Notes under the pieces: model-generated
Databases searched by the model: none
Told to the model about the DNA's origin: nothing
What the model saw: the letters and a program-made list of their open reading frames with translations, nothing else
Made by a program: the position numbers and the translations under genes
NCBI GenBank assembly: GCA_034780895.1
Contig: JAUZTB010000071.1
Location: forward strand, 4,501,387 to 4,565,386
Direction of reading: 5' to 3'
Source: Rhynchobatus australiae
Lineage: Eukaryota
Length of the DNA stretch: 64,000 nt
In this document: one piece after another, positions 1 through 11,734 of the stretch
How positions within the stretch are numbered: the stretch's first letter is position 1
Layout: every line of letters begins with the position of its first letter

Positions 1-1200
1 TGATAGGATTATCCACATGCTGGCACAAAAAGCTCTCCTGGACGCCATTTTAAAAATTCTGACCTTTCTAGACCTTTCAAACTGAGGTAATCTCACTTAA
101 TGCTGGGGAGTTGAAATTCCCTGCTACTATTAACATATTATCTTTACACCTCTGTGATTTACATGAATATTTAGCTGCCCTATCTCCCACTGACTGAGTG
201 GAGGCTGCACTGCAGCCCCAGAAATGCGATCACACCCTTTTTGTTTCGGGGCTTCACCCATGTGCTTCATTTGAAGAACCTTCTATGATATTCTCTTTCT
301 GTATTGTATTAATAGACTCCTTGATTAATATTACAATACTGCCTCTTTTACACTCCTGTCACACCTGAAGATTTAATATTGTTTAATATTTAATATTAAT
401 AAGATTTAATAATGTTGAATTTTCTGTCCTGCCCATTTTTTTCAACCAATATTGTGAAAGTAGCTGTGACATATTCCTATGTTCAAATCAGCATCCTTAG
501 TTTGTCTGTCTTGCTGTTGGACTACCTGCATTAATTAGGTGCAGTCCAGCCTTGTGTTCTTCCCATGTGCCTGTGTATACGCTGCAGACCAGACTGACTT
601 AATTTGCCTTCTGTTAGTTGGATGTTACTCTCACTCTCACTGTGTCCTATTCCCCTGTGTACTGGACTGAATTAGTTTACCTTCTACATTTGTCAAATTA
701 GTTTAAATCCTCCCCAGCAGCAGCAGCAGCAAAACCCTCTATTAGGACCTGTACAACTTCAGATGCAAACTGTGTTCTTCACCAGAAACCGTCCCATTGA
801 TCCAGAAATCTAAAGCCTTTCCTCCTGGATGACCACTCCAGCTAAGCATTCAACTGACTAACCCTCCTATTCCTAAACTGCTAACACATGGCACTAAAAC
901 TAATTTAGCAGTTACAACCTTAGAGATCCTGCTTTTAATCTGCTACCGAGCAGATTCAGGCTGCAGGACCTCATCCCTCATTTTACCAATGTGCACTACA
1001 AGCTTTGACTGTTTAGAATGACCTGCAATCATTCTTTGACATCTTTAACCCTACTACAACATACCATCCTGGATTTGCATTTATGGAGTGCCTGTCTATT
1101 CCCTCATGCTCAAGTCTCCTACTTCTTATGCCCTTGGAATCTTTCTTATCACCCCCCAAGTGTAGCTGAGTCAACCACAGTACTGTGAACTAGACTCTGG
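1..1200 (-). mobile_element. Decayed CR1 LINE: ORF1 esterase (SGNH) region (~700-1130) and start of ORF2 APE endonuclease (~1-560)
   Basis: Minus strand shows remnants of elasmobranch CR1 ORF1 motifs (SRMVCC from caacataccatcctgga; RDEVLQ from ctgcaggacctcatccct; GFRFLDQWD from gtcccattgatccagaaatctaaagcc), followed by ORF2 N-terminal-like sequence. Many stops and frameshifts. Confidence 0.7.
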
Positions 1201-2829
1201 CTGCACTTCCCAGAAGAACATTCACCTCCACCATTTTCCAACATGAGTAAATGGTTCTGAAGTGAGATGTACATGTCTGTCTCACTTCCTTAACCTTTTA
1301 TAATTTCCTTTTTTATCACCTAGCTTCCCCTGCCCCCCCTTCCCCCAAATATGTTTTAATACATCAATTCTTAACGCTAACTCTNNNNNNNNNNNNNNNN
1401 NNNNNNNNNNNNNNNNNNNNNNNNNNNNNNNNNNNNNNNNNNNNNNNNNNNNNNNNNNNNNNNNNNNNNNNNNNNNNNNNNNNNCCCCTGCCCCCCCTTC
1501 CCCCAAATAGGTTTTACTCCAGCAATTCTGAACGCTCACTCTGACTTTACAAATTCTGGAACCTAATACTGGGCTCTGAGAACAGGCTACAATACCATTC
1601 TTCTTGACCCCTGACTGCCCTTCCTTCCCCCACCATAGTACTCTTTTCTGACTGATGCCAGACCTTTGCAGTGTTTCAGGAGCCCTGTAGAACTCTTCTC
1701 TGTTATGGCCTGGCAGATCCTGTATTCTTCTCCACACTTAACCTTCTCCTTGCAACCCACCAATGTTCCCAGCTCCAAGTTATGCTCCAGTCTGGCCCCT
1801 GATCTTGGCTGCACAACTGGTTCATGTTCCTGACCCCAACTCCAGCTACGCACCCAATTCCCATTGTCACCACCCTCCAGACTCCTGGCTCTTGCCGAAC
1901 ACTTAACTAGTTTCCCAAACCATGGCTCCTCCTGCTTACTGATCGTGGACTCTGGCCACATACCTGGCATGCCATTGTGATCCCTGCCTCCTGCTGTATA
2001 CTTACCCACGTTCCCAACTTCTCCCTCTGGCTGCACAACCACCCAAGTTCTTGAGCCCTAGTTTATAAGGCCTGCAGGATAGCAGGGTTGGAGGGGGATG
2101 GGACAATATAGGGATTTAAAACTGAGTTTTACCAGAACCAATTACAGAGTAACATGTATGGGGTGATGAGTGAATGGGACTTGAAGTGAGTTTGGACAAG
2201 GGCAGTAGAGTTTTTGAAGATCTCATGTTTACATAGGAAGAATGAGAGGTAGTGGGGTGGTTGTTTTACTTGATGAATGACAATCAATATAATAAAAGAT
2301 TCTGTTAGGTATTGACATAAGTTTTTTTTGATATATATTTTGTTATATTATGTGCCAAGTTAAAAATAATGAAAATGCTTCTTTATAATCCTCATTCCTT
2401 GTAATCTTTTGGAAACTATTAAAAGCAAACAGAACTTGCAATCATCATGTTAATCACAACAGCCATCTCTGAAATCATAAATTACCAAAGTTAACTGTAC
2501 CCTTGTGTTTAACAAAATTAACAAATGGGCAGTTGTAAGTCATGGAGCAAGCTTTGAGTCTATAGTTGGAGCACCGGAATTAAGAATTCTTCTAGAGTAG
2601 TGTTAATTTGCAACAGTTTCTAACTCGGCACATTCTTAAAATGATTCTTTGTATAGCAAACTGTATCTTAGAAAGCATTGCTTTGTTCTGGGAAGCAAAA
2701 GCAGTGGGTATACTTGGCACTATAAACAAAACATTTCTAGGCTTGACTGTGGCTGACCCAAGGGCTATTAAATCAGAACTTTTGCAGATGGGTTTATAGA
2801 GAAGAGAATTTTATTTCTACATAATGGAA

Positions 2830-3514
2830 ACATACAAAGATAGAAAATGTAGGCCATTCAGCCCTTTGAGCCTGGTCCACCATTGAATACAATCATGTCC
2901 AATCATCCAGTTCACCCTTTCCCTGCCTTCTCCATTTATCCTTTGGTTCATTTTGCATTAAGAAATACATCTACCTCCACCTTGAATATATTTAATAAAT
3001 TGGCCTCCACTGTCTTCTGTGGTAGAGAATTCCACACATTCGCCATCCTCTGGGTAAAGAAATTCTCTGATCTTTGTTCTAAATGGCAAACTCTGTATCC
3101 AGAGGCTGTGACCCTTAGTTCTGGATGATTTAGCCATCAAGAACATCCTCCCTGTGTCTATTCTGTCTGAGTCCAGTAAGAATTTAACAGGTTTCCATGA
3201 GGTCCCTTCTCATTCTTTTATACAGCAATCAATAAAGGCCTTAACAACCCAATCTGTCTCCAGGAATCAGTGAAGTAAACCTTCATTGCACTTCCTCCAT
3301 GGCAAGAATGCCCTTTCTCATACAANNNNNNNNNNNNNNNNNNNNNNNNNNNNNNNNNNNNNNNNNNNNNNNNNNNNNNNNNNNNNNNNNNNNNNNNNNN
3401 NNNNNNNNNNNNNNNNNNNNNNNNNATGGCAAGAATGCCCTTTCTCATACAAGGAAACAAAAACTTCACACAAAATTCCAATTGGTGTCACACCAAGGCC
3501 CATTTGCAGCACGA
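2830..3514 (-). mobile_element. CR1 LINE 3' end (RT C-terminus and 3' UTR)
   Basis: CR1 3' terminal motif (aggccattcagccctttgagcctg) then typical RT C-terminal sequence. The element resumes at 4474 after a nested Penelope. Confidence 0.8.
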
Positions 3515-4473
3515 TTTAACATTTGCAGTTTCTGCCATGTTCAATGGACATCAGACACATCTACCTTTTCCCTCCTCTTTCAGCAGTCCAGTGGGACCTT
3601 TCTCTTCACAACTTCCTGATCTGCTCTTCTGTCTGCACTAACTGCTCCCCTTCTCACAGCACTTCCCCATGCAACAGCAGGAGATGCAACAGCTGTCCTT
3701 TAACCCCTTCCCTTCCCTTCCCACCATCTAAGCATCAAAACAGTCCTTGTAGATAAAGAGTGCACTTGCACTTTTTCCAGAATAGCATCATGTGTTGGTG
3801 TTGATGACTTAGTCACCTCTGCATTGGAGAAATCAAATGTTGATTGGGTAACTGTTGTGGAGGATCAGTGTTCAATCTGCATGGTTCTTGCTGCTTGCCA
3901 CTTTAAGGTTCCATTCCACTCACCCTCTTCACCTAGTTTGTCTGTGTTCTCATGGTGTCCAATGTAAGCTTGAGGGGAGCACCTCATCTTCCATTTGGAT
4001 GTCTTGCATACTTGGTATTAAATTCTGCAACCTAATGTAGTTCACTTTCTTTGTTTGTATCAGAACTGGCTAGTTCTACTGTAGGTAATCCCTCTGTAAT
4101 CTTGGCTCAGTTTTTCTCTCTCAATTAGCACTGCCTGACCTGATGCATATTTCTACAACTCTGAATTTCACAGTTTTTATATGTTCCTTTACTAATACTC
4201 TTTTCTAAATGCCCTCATTAACCTGTCAACTGGCTGACTCCATCTATAGCAACCCTGACTATCAAAGCTATTCCCTTTGTCCTGTCCATCCTATCCCCAC
4301 CATCTCTGCAACTAAAATTATCCTGTTTCCTCTCTTTCCCAGTTCTGATAAAAGGTCTTCGACCTGAAACATTAACTCTGTATCTTTTTCTATGGATACT
4401 GACTAACCTGTTGAATGTTTCCAGCATTGTTTTGATTTCAGATTTCCAAAATCTGCAGCCTTTTTGATTTTCT
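3515..4473 (+). mobile_element. 5'-truncated Penelope-like element (GIY-YIG remnant plus pseudo-LTR) nested in CR1
   Basis: 3661 translates TSPCNSRRCNSCPL and 3817 LCIGEIKC*LGNC, resembling Penelope PCxxxRCxTC and LYIGETKRRLGDRF. It ends in ...tcagatttccaaaatctgcag. Probable TSD tttgcagcacga (3503-3514) / tttgcaacaaga (4474-4485). Confidence 0.8.
4341..4377 (+). ncRNA. Degenerate minimal type-I hammerhead ribozyme in Penelope pseudo-LTR
   Basis: agtt-CTGATAA-a-aggtc-ttc-gacct-GAAAC-ATT-aact. Helix I is agtt/aact, helix II is aggtc/gacct, the core is CUGAUGA with one G>A change, and GAAAC is intact. Probably inactive. Confidence 0.6.
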
Positions 4474-5510
4474 TTTGCAACAAGACATCTTTGTGCCTGT
4501 ACTCAAATCCTCTAGTNNNNNNNNNNNNNNNNNNNNNNNNNNNNNNNNNNNNNNNNNNNNNNNNNNNNNNNNNNNNNNNNNNNNNNNNNNNNNNNNNNNN
4601 NNNNNNNNNNNNNNNNTTTGTGCCTGTACTCAAATCCTCTAGTAAAGTAAGAAAATAAACCATTTGCCTACCTAACTGCTAGTTGCATTTGAACGTATGC
4701 TTTCAGCCACTAATGTGCAAGGGCACTGGGTCTCTTTACACCTTTTCTCAATCTATTGCCATTCAGCTGGTAATGTATTTCCATTTTTCAAACCACAGTG
4801 GATAACCTTGCATTTATCCATGTTAAACTGCATCTGCTATGCATTTATCTGATTAGCCTCTTTGTAGTCTCCTTGTATCCTCTTCACAGCTCACATTTTA
4901 TTCTTTCTTCCTCCAATCCTCACTTCTCCCCAGGTTTGTGTTATCTATAGAGAGATTAAATTTAGATCCCTCAACAAAATCACAGTTATATATTGTGAAT
5001 AGCTGGGACCCAAGCACTAATCCTTGTGGCGTCTCATTAGTCACTGCTTGCCATCTGAAAAAAATGTTTATTTCTACTCTGTTTCCTGTCTGTGAACTAT
5101 TTCTCAATCTATGCCAGACATTGCCCTCAATTCCATGTGCCTTCATTTTTCACAGTAACCTCTTGGGTGCTTAGCAAAAGCCTTCTGAAAATCCAAATAT
5201 ATGACATCCACTGGTTTACCCTTATCTATTCTATTAGTTACGTTCTCAAAAAAAGCTTCAGTAATTTTGTCAAGCATGATTCCCCTTCATAACCCCATGT
5301 TAACTTTGTCAAATCCCATTAATGTTTTCCAGGTTTTCTGTTATTGCATCTTTTATAAATAGCATTTCCTGCACCTACTGATGTTAGGTTTACTGTTCTG
5401 TAATTCCATGTCTTTTTCTCTTCCTCCTTTTAAATAGTGAGGTTACTTTTGTTGCCCTCTAATCTGTAGAAATTGTTTCAGAGTCTAAAGAATTGTGGAA
5501 GATACTCACC
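4474..5510 (-). mobile_element. CR1 LINE ORF2 reverse transcriptase fragment (continuation of 2830-3514)
   Basis: ORF 4898-5146(-) reads KAHGIEGNV...VTNETPQGLVLGSQLFTIY, matching the RT GVPQGSVLGPxLFxIY motif. Confidence 0.85.
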
Positions 5511-5846
5511 AATGTATGACAGTTCATGCCAAGGATCTTTTTTAAGTTGAAAATTCTCAAAAGCCACATTTAAATCTTTCCCATATATCCTATTGCAGTA
5601 TACTTTAAAGAAAAATACAAATAGATTTTAATAGGCAAATTATTTTACTCTGATTTGACCCAATATTTTAAAATGTGGAATCAATTTAGCCAACACAGTA
5701 AGCAAACTCATTTTTGAAGATTCTTAAAAACTCCCCTGGGGGTCAGTGGCTGTTGTCTAACATTCCTTAACATTATACTGTGACTGCAAATAAACAATGT
5801 ATTATCTCACTGTGAAAACTCCTTGTTTTTTATTTTTCATTGGTAG

Positions 5847-6114
5847 AAAAGGAAGAAGCTGAGAGGACTGTGCATTGTTATTACAAAATGTGTGCAGTCA
5901 GCATTGTGCCATTCGAAGATGAGTACATAAAACCTGAGGGCTACATTAATTCTTGTATGTGGAATGACTGCGGATTTAGATATAAATAGCATAGAACTTT
6001 GAGGCAGCCGATTCAGAGCCAGTTAGCCCACTCAGGTTTCGGTTCGTGGATTACAGAAGTTAAAGATAGTCTTTTCGTTGCATTTAATACTTGCACATTT
6101 TTCTAGAAAAGTGT
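5847..6114 (+). other. Candidate non-coding (5'UTR-like) exon of an unidentified host gene
   Basis: Polypyrimidine acceptor ttttttatttttcattggtag|5847 and donor tgt|GTAAGT at 6115. Non-repetitive, six CpGs retained, all + frames hit stops. No transcript evidence. Confidence 0.3.
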
Positions 6115-6139
6115 GTAAGTGTGAGGATTGGGAGTTCTT

Positions 6140-6690
6140 CTGAATTCAGCAGAGGATAACCAAGTAATTGATAAAACGAAAATAAAATATGAGAATAAAC
6201 TAGCAAGAAACATAAAAGCAGATTGTAAGAGCTTTGTGGGAAAAGATAGCAGAGGACAAATGTGGTTCCTTATAGATAGAATTTATAATGAGGAAATGGT
6301 GGAGGAATTAAACAAATGTTTTCTGTCTTCATGAAGAACAAAATACCCCTCAGAATTATACTGGAGAACCAAGAGTCCAGTGCAAATGAAGCAATAAAAC
6401 AATTATCAGTAAAGAAATATGACAAAAGAAATTAATGAGCCTGAAACCTGATAGATCTGATAAAGTATAACAGAGAAAGGATCTGAAGATCTAGATGCCA
6501 GGGCTTTGAAAGAGATGGCTACAGAGGTGGTGATTGTTCTTAGCATCTTCCAAAAGAATGTAGGATAGCAAATGTGATCCCATTACTTAACAAAGAAGGG
6601 AAAAAGTAAACTGGGAACTACAAACCTCTTTGCCAGATATGGCAATGGAAAATGCTGGAAATCTATATTAAAAGATGTAACATCATGATA
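6140..6690 (+). mobile_element. CR1 ORF2 fragment
   Basis: ORF 6128-6334 KIKYENKLARNIKADCKSF...EEMVEELNKCF matches the CR1 ORF2 linker region. Confidence 0.8.
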
Positions 6691-6850
6691 TATTCCCCCG
6701 AATGTCCCCTAGTTCTAGACTCACTACCAGTGGCAACAACATTCCTGCCTCTATCTTATCTATCCCTTTCATAATTTTAGATTCCCTCTCTCATTCTTCT
6801 GAATTCCAGCGAGTATAGTCCCAGGTGACTCGATCTCTCCTCATAGACTA
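6690..6850 (-). mobile_element. Short CR1 RT C-terminal fragment
   Basis: ttatctatccctttcataatttt...ctctcattcttctgaattccagcgagtatagtcccagg is the reverse of LGLYSLEFRRMRG. Confidence 0.75.
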
Positions 6851-7769
6851 CGAAGAAGATCAACCAGTCTTTCTCCTGATAAGGATTTACTCTAAGGTTT
6901 TCAGGAACTAAATTCTCCAATGGTCCCTGCCTGACCTTCTAATGATACAATAAAATTTGCAACTGATCCCAAACTCTACTCCTGTATGCTGAACTCCATG
7001 AAGTGTGTTACTTATCTATCATTTTTTTTGGTCTCCACTTGCTCTTCCACTGTCATAAAAGTTGAATGCCAGAGGAGCAGTAGGAGAAATTTCACTTCAT
7101 TAACAATCTTTCTCATTTCTTAAAATGAAGCAAATTACAGGTAGTTCTCCTGTAGTGTGTTTTCTATAACACAAATTGATGATAATGTGATTGATGGACT
7201 TGAACACATTTTGAATTACATGGGCTGCATTGGGTATAACATGGTTGGGAAACCTATTTAAATTTGTGCATTGAAGGCAACTACATCCTGTTCTGCTATA
7301 CTGCGACTTTCTATAATGCAAGATTAGGAACATACCTATTGCATTATAGCAGAACTATCTGTATCCCAACCAATAACAGGATCTGGACAACAAACAGATT
7401 TATCCAATATACAATGGTGTATTATCATCACTGTATTTGTTAGATTTGTGCTTAATTTGGGAGTTGACCCTGTCCTTTCTTAAACCTGTGCACTGTCTGA
7501 GGAAATAATCTATAACTACATGCCATGGTCTTATTCCACCTAGCTGTTGTCTCACAGCATTGGTTGTGAACATTTTGAGATCTTTAGACAAGAATGCTTG
7601 GATTTCTTTCTTTTAATTTTCTTTTCCCTGAAGGATGTAGAATTTGTATTCCCAGCTTGCATATCACTGTATGTTCCTAAGTTAGTTATTTTCTAACTAT
7701 AATACCAATTCCCCTGTGATGCTTACCTCAAAGAATCAGATCAGCAATGTTGTGGAACAACATCACATC

Positions 7770-7985
7770 CAAATTTCCTTCTGAGTTGCAAGTCATCCTG
7801 TTTTGGTCAAATGCCAGTTTCTTCATGGCTACTGGGTCAGAATTCTGGAATTTTTAAGGTGATATCATTTGTGAGAGTACTATCGCCATGAGAATTACAG
7901 CTTTTAAGGCTCAACTTGCCATTGTCTTTTTTGACCAATTAAAGTTGGGCAATAATTCAATCCTTTCCGTATCCCAATAAGAAGT
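7770..7985 (+). mobile_element. 3' UTR of a CR1/L2-group LINE (same family as 11735-12830 and 24305-25115)
   Basis: ctgggtcagaattctggaa...aattaaagttgggcaataa terminal motif, shared with 9215-9390 and 25030-25110. Confidence 0.55.
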
Positions 7986-8839
7986 CAGACAAAAACTAAA
8001 GTCAAACATCTTGATTTAAAAATTCTGTTGTCACTTTATCTTGAACTTTCTCTTCACTATCCTTTAGCATTTCTTTCTTCCCTAGTTATGTCATGGGGAA
8101 GATCATCAGTTGCACCAAAATTCTTGCTTTATATTATGCTGTTTCAGCATGCCCAAGTGCAATCTTCCACTGGGAACCTAGCTCCCAGCTCTTCACCGTG
8201 GCACAGTGAGAGACTGTCTTACTACAGGCATCTAGCTGCATTTACAGAACTGACAGTTGATGACGCCCTGCCCCCAGACTTAAAGGTTGCTATAGCTCTC
8301 CTTGTGGTCTGGGCTATAACCTGTAAATCTCTCTGATATTCAGAAAACAAATATAAATAAAAGAACTGTTAAAATTTAAGGTATTAATTTTTCCTTATAA
8401 CATTGAAAGCACATCCACTATCTAAAATTAAATTAAAATCATTAAAAGTAACATAAGTAAAAAAAAACTTGTCATTCTCCTTGAGCTGATGCCTCCCATT
8501 CCGTTGAATGCTGACTGCTATGCTTGCATCAAGTTTAGTGCAGCACAGGTTCGAGCATGTTTTCCAGCTGAGAGCTGAGAAATCTGTGGAAGAATGTACT
8601 ACCTGTTGCAGTCCATAAGGCATATGTGTTGCCATTCGTGCAGAAGATTTGCTCAATTCTGATTCTGGTTTACCTATGAACTTCAATCAGTTGGATATTC
8701 AATTTCTCCACCATTGGGAAATGCCCTGAGCATTTTCATTTTATTAAAATCTGTGCATTAATGTATGCATTGGTCATTGCTTCTAACTTCTGAGTCTGCA
8801 TCTTTTAAAATAGTCACTTAATGTGTTTAATTATACATG

Positions 8840-8967
8840 TAGTGCTGTTCACCAGGCTAATTTCTAGGATGACAGGATTGTCCTATCAAGGGAGGCTAAA
8901 CAGGTTTGGTTTGATTTCTTTGGAGTTTAGAAGATGTGGAGTGATGTTATTGAAACATATAAGATTA
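8840..8967 (+). mobile_element. CR1 RT C-terminal fragment, cut at a SINE insertion
   Basis: FTRLISRMTGLSYQGRLNRFGLISLEFRR from ORF 8821-9048. Confidence 0.8.
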
Positions 8968-9192
8968 GGGCGGCACGGTAGCATAGCGGTTAGTGGAACG
9001 CTATTACAGCGCCAGCGATCAGGCTTTGATTCCTGTCGCTGTCTGTAAGGAGTTTGTACGTTGTCCCTGTGTCTGCGTGGGTTTCCTCCGGGTGCTCCGG
9101 TTTCCTCCCACATTCTAAAGATGTACGGGTAGGTTAATTTGGGGGTTTAAAATGGGCGGCACGGACTCGTTGGGCTGGAAGGGCCTGTTACC
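8968..9192 (+). mobile_element. tRNA-derived V-SINE (HE1-like), young copy
   Basis: Pol III A-box tagcatagcgg, B-box-like gctttgattcc, V-domain gtgtctgcgtgggtttcctccgggtgctccggtttcctcccaca, CR1-type tail gggctggaagggcctgtt. CpG-rich. Confidence 0.9.
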
Positions 9193-9214
9193 TTAAAACT
9201 TAAACTGAAAGTGC

Positions 9215-9390
9215 TGTCCAATGAGCCACAGCAGAAACTTTGGAATGGCTTCCCCTAAAGAACTGTGGGACCACGGCAGCTGGAACTGTTCCAAGTGACA
9301 ACTCACCACCACCTTCTCAAAGGCAAATGGGAATGAGTAATATATGCTAGCTTTACCAGCAATGGCAATGTCCCATAAGTGAACATGTAA
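9215..9390 (+). mobile_element. 3' UTR of CR1/L2-group LINE
   Basis: ctcaccaccaccttctcaaaggcaaatgggaatg...ccataagtgaa terminal motif. Confidence 0.65.
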
Positions 9391-10014
9391 AAGTACACAT
9401 TTCAATAAATCCACAAACCCTTCAATTCAGTCCGAGAAACTTGACTCCATTTCTCTTTGTTCGTCAGTTTGTCCCCTTGGAATTGTCACTCAAAAGCTCT
9501 GGAAAGGGCTCGTTTTAGTGCTGTTGTCTCATCGATGGATAATTGCTAAACTGGAACACCAAGACCGGTCAATATTAACAACTCGAGCCGCAACTTAATG
9601 GGAACACAGATTTACAGGTGGCTCAAAAGCCTCTGCTGAAGTGGGCCATGAAATTAAAAAGTTTGGAGCTTTTCTAATAGTATCAGGCTCCCAAAGGTGT
9701 TCTTTGAATCCGAGGGGATAAACCATAGTCAGGCTATCAATTATTCTCCAAGAGAAGATCTTGCAGAGATATTCAATATAGTTTATCCTCCTGCCTTTCA
9801 CTTGTTATTTGAAGGAACCGTTGTTTCTAAACATTGGCCCTGCAAATCAGTTCTTCAAACTGTCTTTGTGATTTGATTTCCACTAACATTCCTTCAATAA
9901 CCTTGAGGATCAGACAACAAACAGTTCTCTTTTAACGATTTTGCAGTGATAATTTAACTACAAATGGAATGCTACAAAATTATAGTTATCAGCTCTACCA
10001 CAGTGGGTCGTCTA

Positions 10015-10300
10015 AATATTGTGGACTCAAACCTCACTGCAGAGACCAGAGTAAATTCTCTGGTACTGAAACAGTGCACACTGTCAGAGGTGCTGTTTTC
10101 GGATGAGATACAATGCCACATCCACTGTCTGAGCAGCAAGGTCCCACTGTCTCGAAGAAGAAATATGTCTCCCTCAGTTATCAACAATGAGGATCTGATT
10201 ACCTGGACAAGATCACTGTGTCATTTCCAATATTCAAACTGTCTCCCATGTTTCTCACATGGTGAAAGTGACTACAATTCAAGAACACTTCACTGGCGGT
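10015..10300 (+). mobile_element. Old Deu-domain SINE (SacSINE1/AmnSINE1-related)
   Basis: gtactga...ctgtcagaggtgctgttttcggatgaga...gaagaag...agtgactacaattcaagaacacttcactggc matches the Deu-SINE layout. Confidence 0.65.
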
Positions 10301-10559
10301 AGAATGTACTAAAGAATAGAATTTACTACATGTAAAAGTAGGTACGCTTTGACTATGAAACTGAGTGCCCATGACACTGACAGGGTTGCAGCAGGACACC
10401 ATCATCTACTTAAACCGTTTTGCCATCAATGACAAGTGGTTTCAAACTTTTCCAAAGCTCTTGCACAGTGGAATAAAGGGGAACAAATACCCCAAAACAA
10501 TGGATAATCTTATTACTTTCAATCAGCAGTCTTTTTAAAAGCACCATTTTACAGAAAGG

Positions 10560-10860
10560 TGTGCATTTGTGTAACATCATTTCTTTCGGAACATTGCAAA
10601 GCACTTTGCAGCCAATGAAATATTTTGAATCATAGTCACAACTGTAGCATCGAAAATGCAGCAGCAAATATTTGCACAGCAAGATCCCACAATCAGTAAA
10701 ATTACCATGGCTGCATGACTGTTTCTCTGTGAAGTCAGGCAAGGGATTACTTTCAAAATGGGTTCTTTACCCAAGAGGGTAGACATAGTTTAATGTTTCA
10801 TCCAAAGGACTGTATCTCCAACTGTACTGCACTCCCTCAGTTATCCGCATTTGAATTTCC
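10560..10860 (-). mobile_element. Old Deu-domain SINE
   Basis: aaagcactttgcagccaatgaaatattttgaa...atttgcacagcaagatcccaca...gtttaatgtttcatccaaaggac...ctgcactccctcagt. Confidence 0.7.
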
Positions 10861-11241
10861 CTTAAATAGTGCCATTTGCCAAAGACAGCAAACCTTATTA
10901 AAGCAGACAGTGTTTCTATTTTGTTAAACATCAGTATGCAGGAATAGAAATAATACGTTCTAGTATCCATGTCAGCAGATGCAGAAATCTAAGAAGGCAA
11001 TGAAAGAAACCTGCTCCATAGGGCATTTGGAACTTTGTTGTCAAGATGAAGGTGAAGTCACCCTCAGATATGACAGAATTTAACATATATAACACCTCTT
11101 AAGGCCTCACAAAATGTCACAAGGCATTGCATAGCCAACAANNNNNNNNNNNNNNNNNNNNNNNNNNNNNNNNNNNNNNNNNNNNNNNNNNNNNNNNNNN
11201 NNNNNNNNNNNNNNNNNNNNNNNNNNNNNNNNNNNNNNNNN

Positions 11242-11383
11242 GCGTGGGTTTCCTCCGGGTGCTCCGGTTTCCTCCCACATTCTAAAGATGTACGGGTAGG
11301 TTAATTTGGGGTTTAAAAAAAAAGGCAGTGTGGACTCGTTGGGCCAGAAGGGCCTGTTACCACGCTGTAAAACAAAATTAAAA
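11242..11383 (+). mobile_element. V-SINE (HE1-like) 3' half, 5' end lost in gap
   Basis: Near-identical to 9075-9192 and retains the full tail ...cctgttaccacgctgtaaaacaaaattaaaa. Confidence 0.9.
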
Positions 11384-11384
11384 A

Positions 11385-11732
11385 GAATATTAAAGATAGT
11401 AAGAGAACATGACAGGGTAGATGTTGAGACGTTTTCACTAGTGGGAGAATCTTGAATAAGGGGCCAGTTATTTAAAACTGAGGTATGTAGAAACTTATTG
11501 CAAAGAATGGAGAATCTCTGGAATTCTCTGCCCCAGAGAGTTGTGATGCCTGACTCATTAGAAGAATTGTGAAGTGGTGGTAGATTAATTTTTGTGTAAT
11601 CAGGGAATTAAGACTATGGGGATCTGGCACAGAGGAAGGGATGAGGCTGAGGGTAGGTCAGCCATAATCATATTGAATGGGTGGGGCAGGCTTAATAGGC
11701 AAGGTGGCCTACTGATGCTCCTGTTTTCTTGA
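11385..11732 (+). mobile_element. CR1 3' end
   Basis: gacagggtagatgttgag...tggaattctctgccccagagag...ggcctactgatgctcct. Picks up the CR1 consensus where 8840-8967 stops. Confidence 0.8.
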
Positions 11733-11734
11733 TG

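Noticed and set aside
3299-3452. 27 bp exact direct repeat flanking a 100-N gap (similar cases at 4490-4643, ~1325-1510, ~19130-19315, ~28853-28890, ~31963-32088)
   Set aside because: Overlapping contig ends across scaffold gaps; an assembly artefact, not a biological repeat.
8968-9045. tRNA-like A/B boxes
   Set aside because: Head of a V-SINE, not a tRNA gene.
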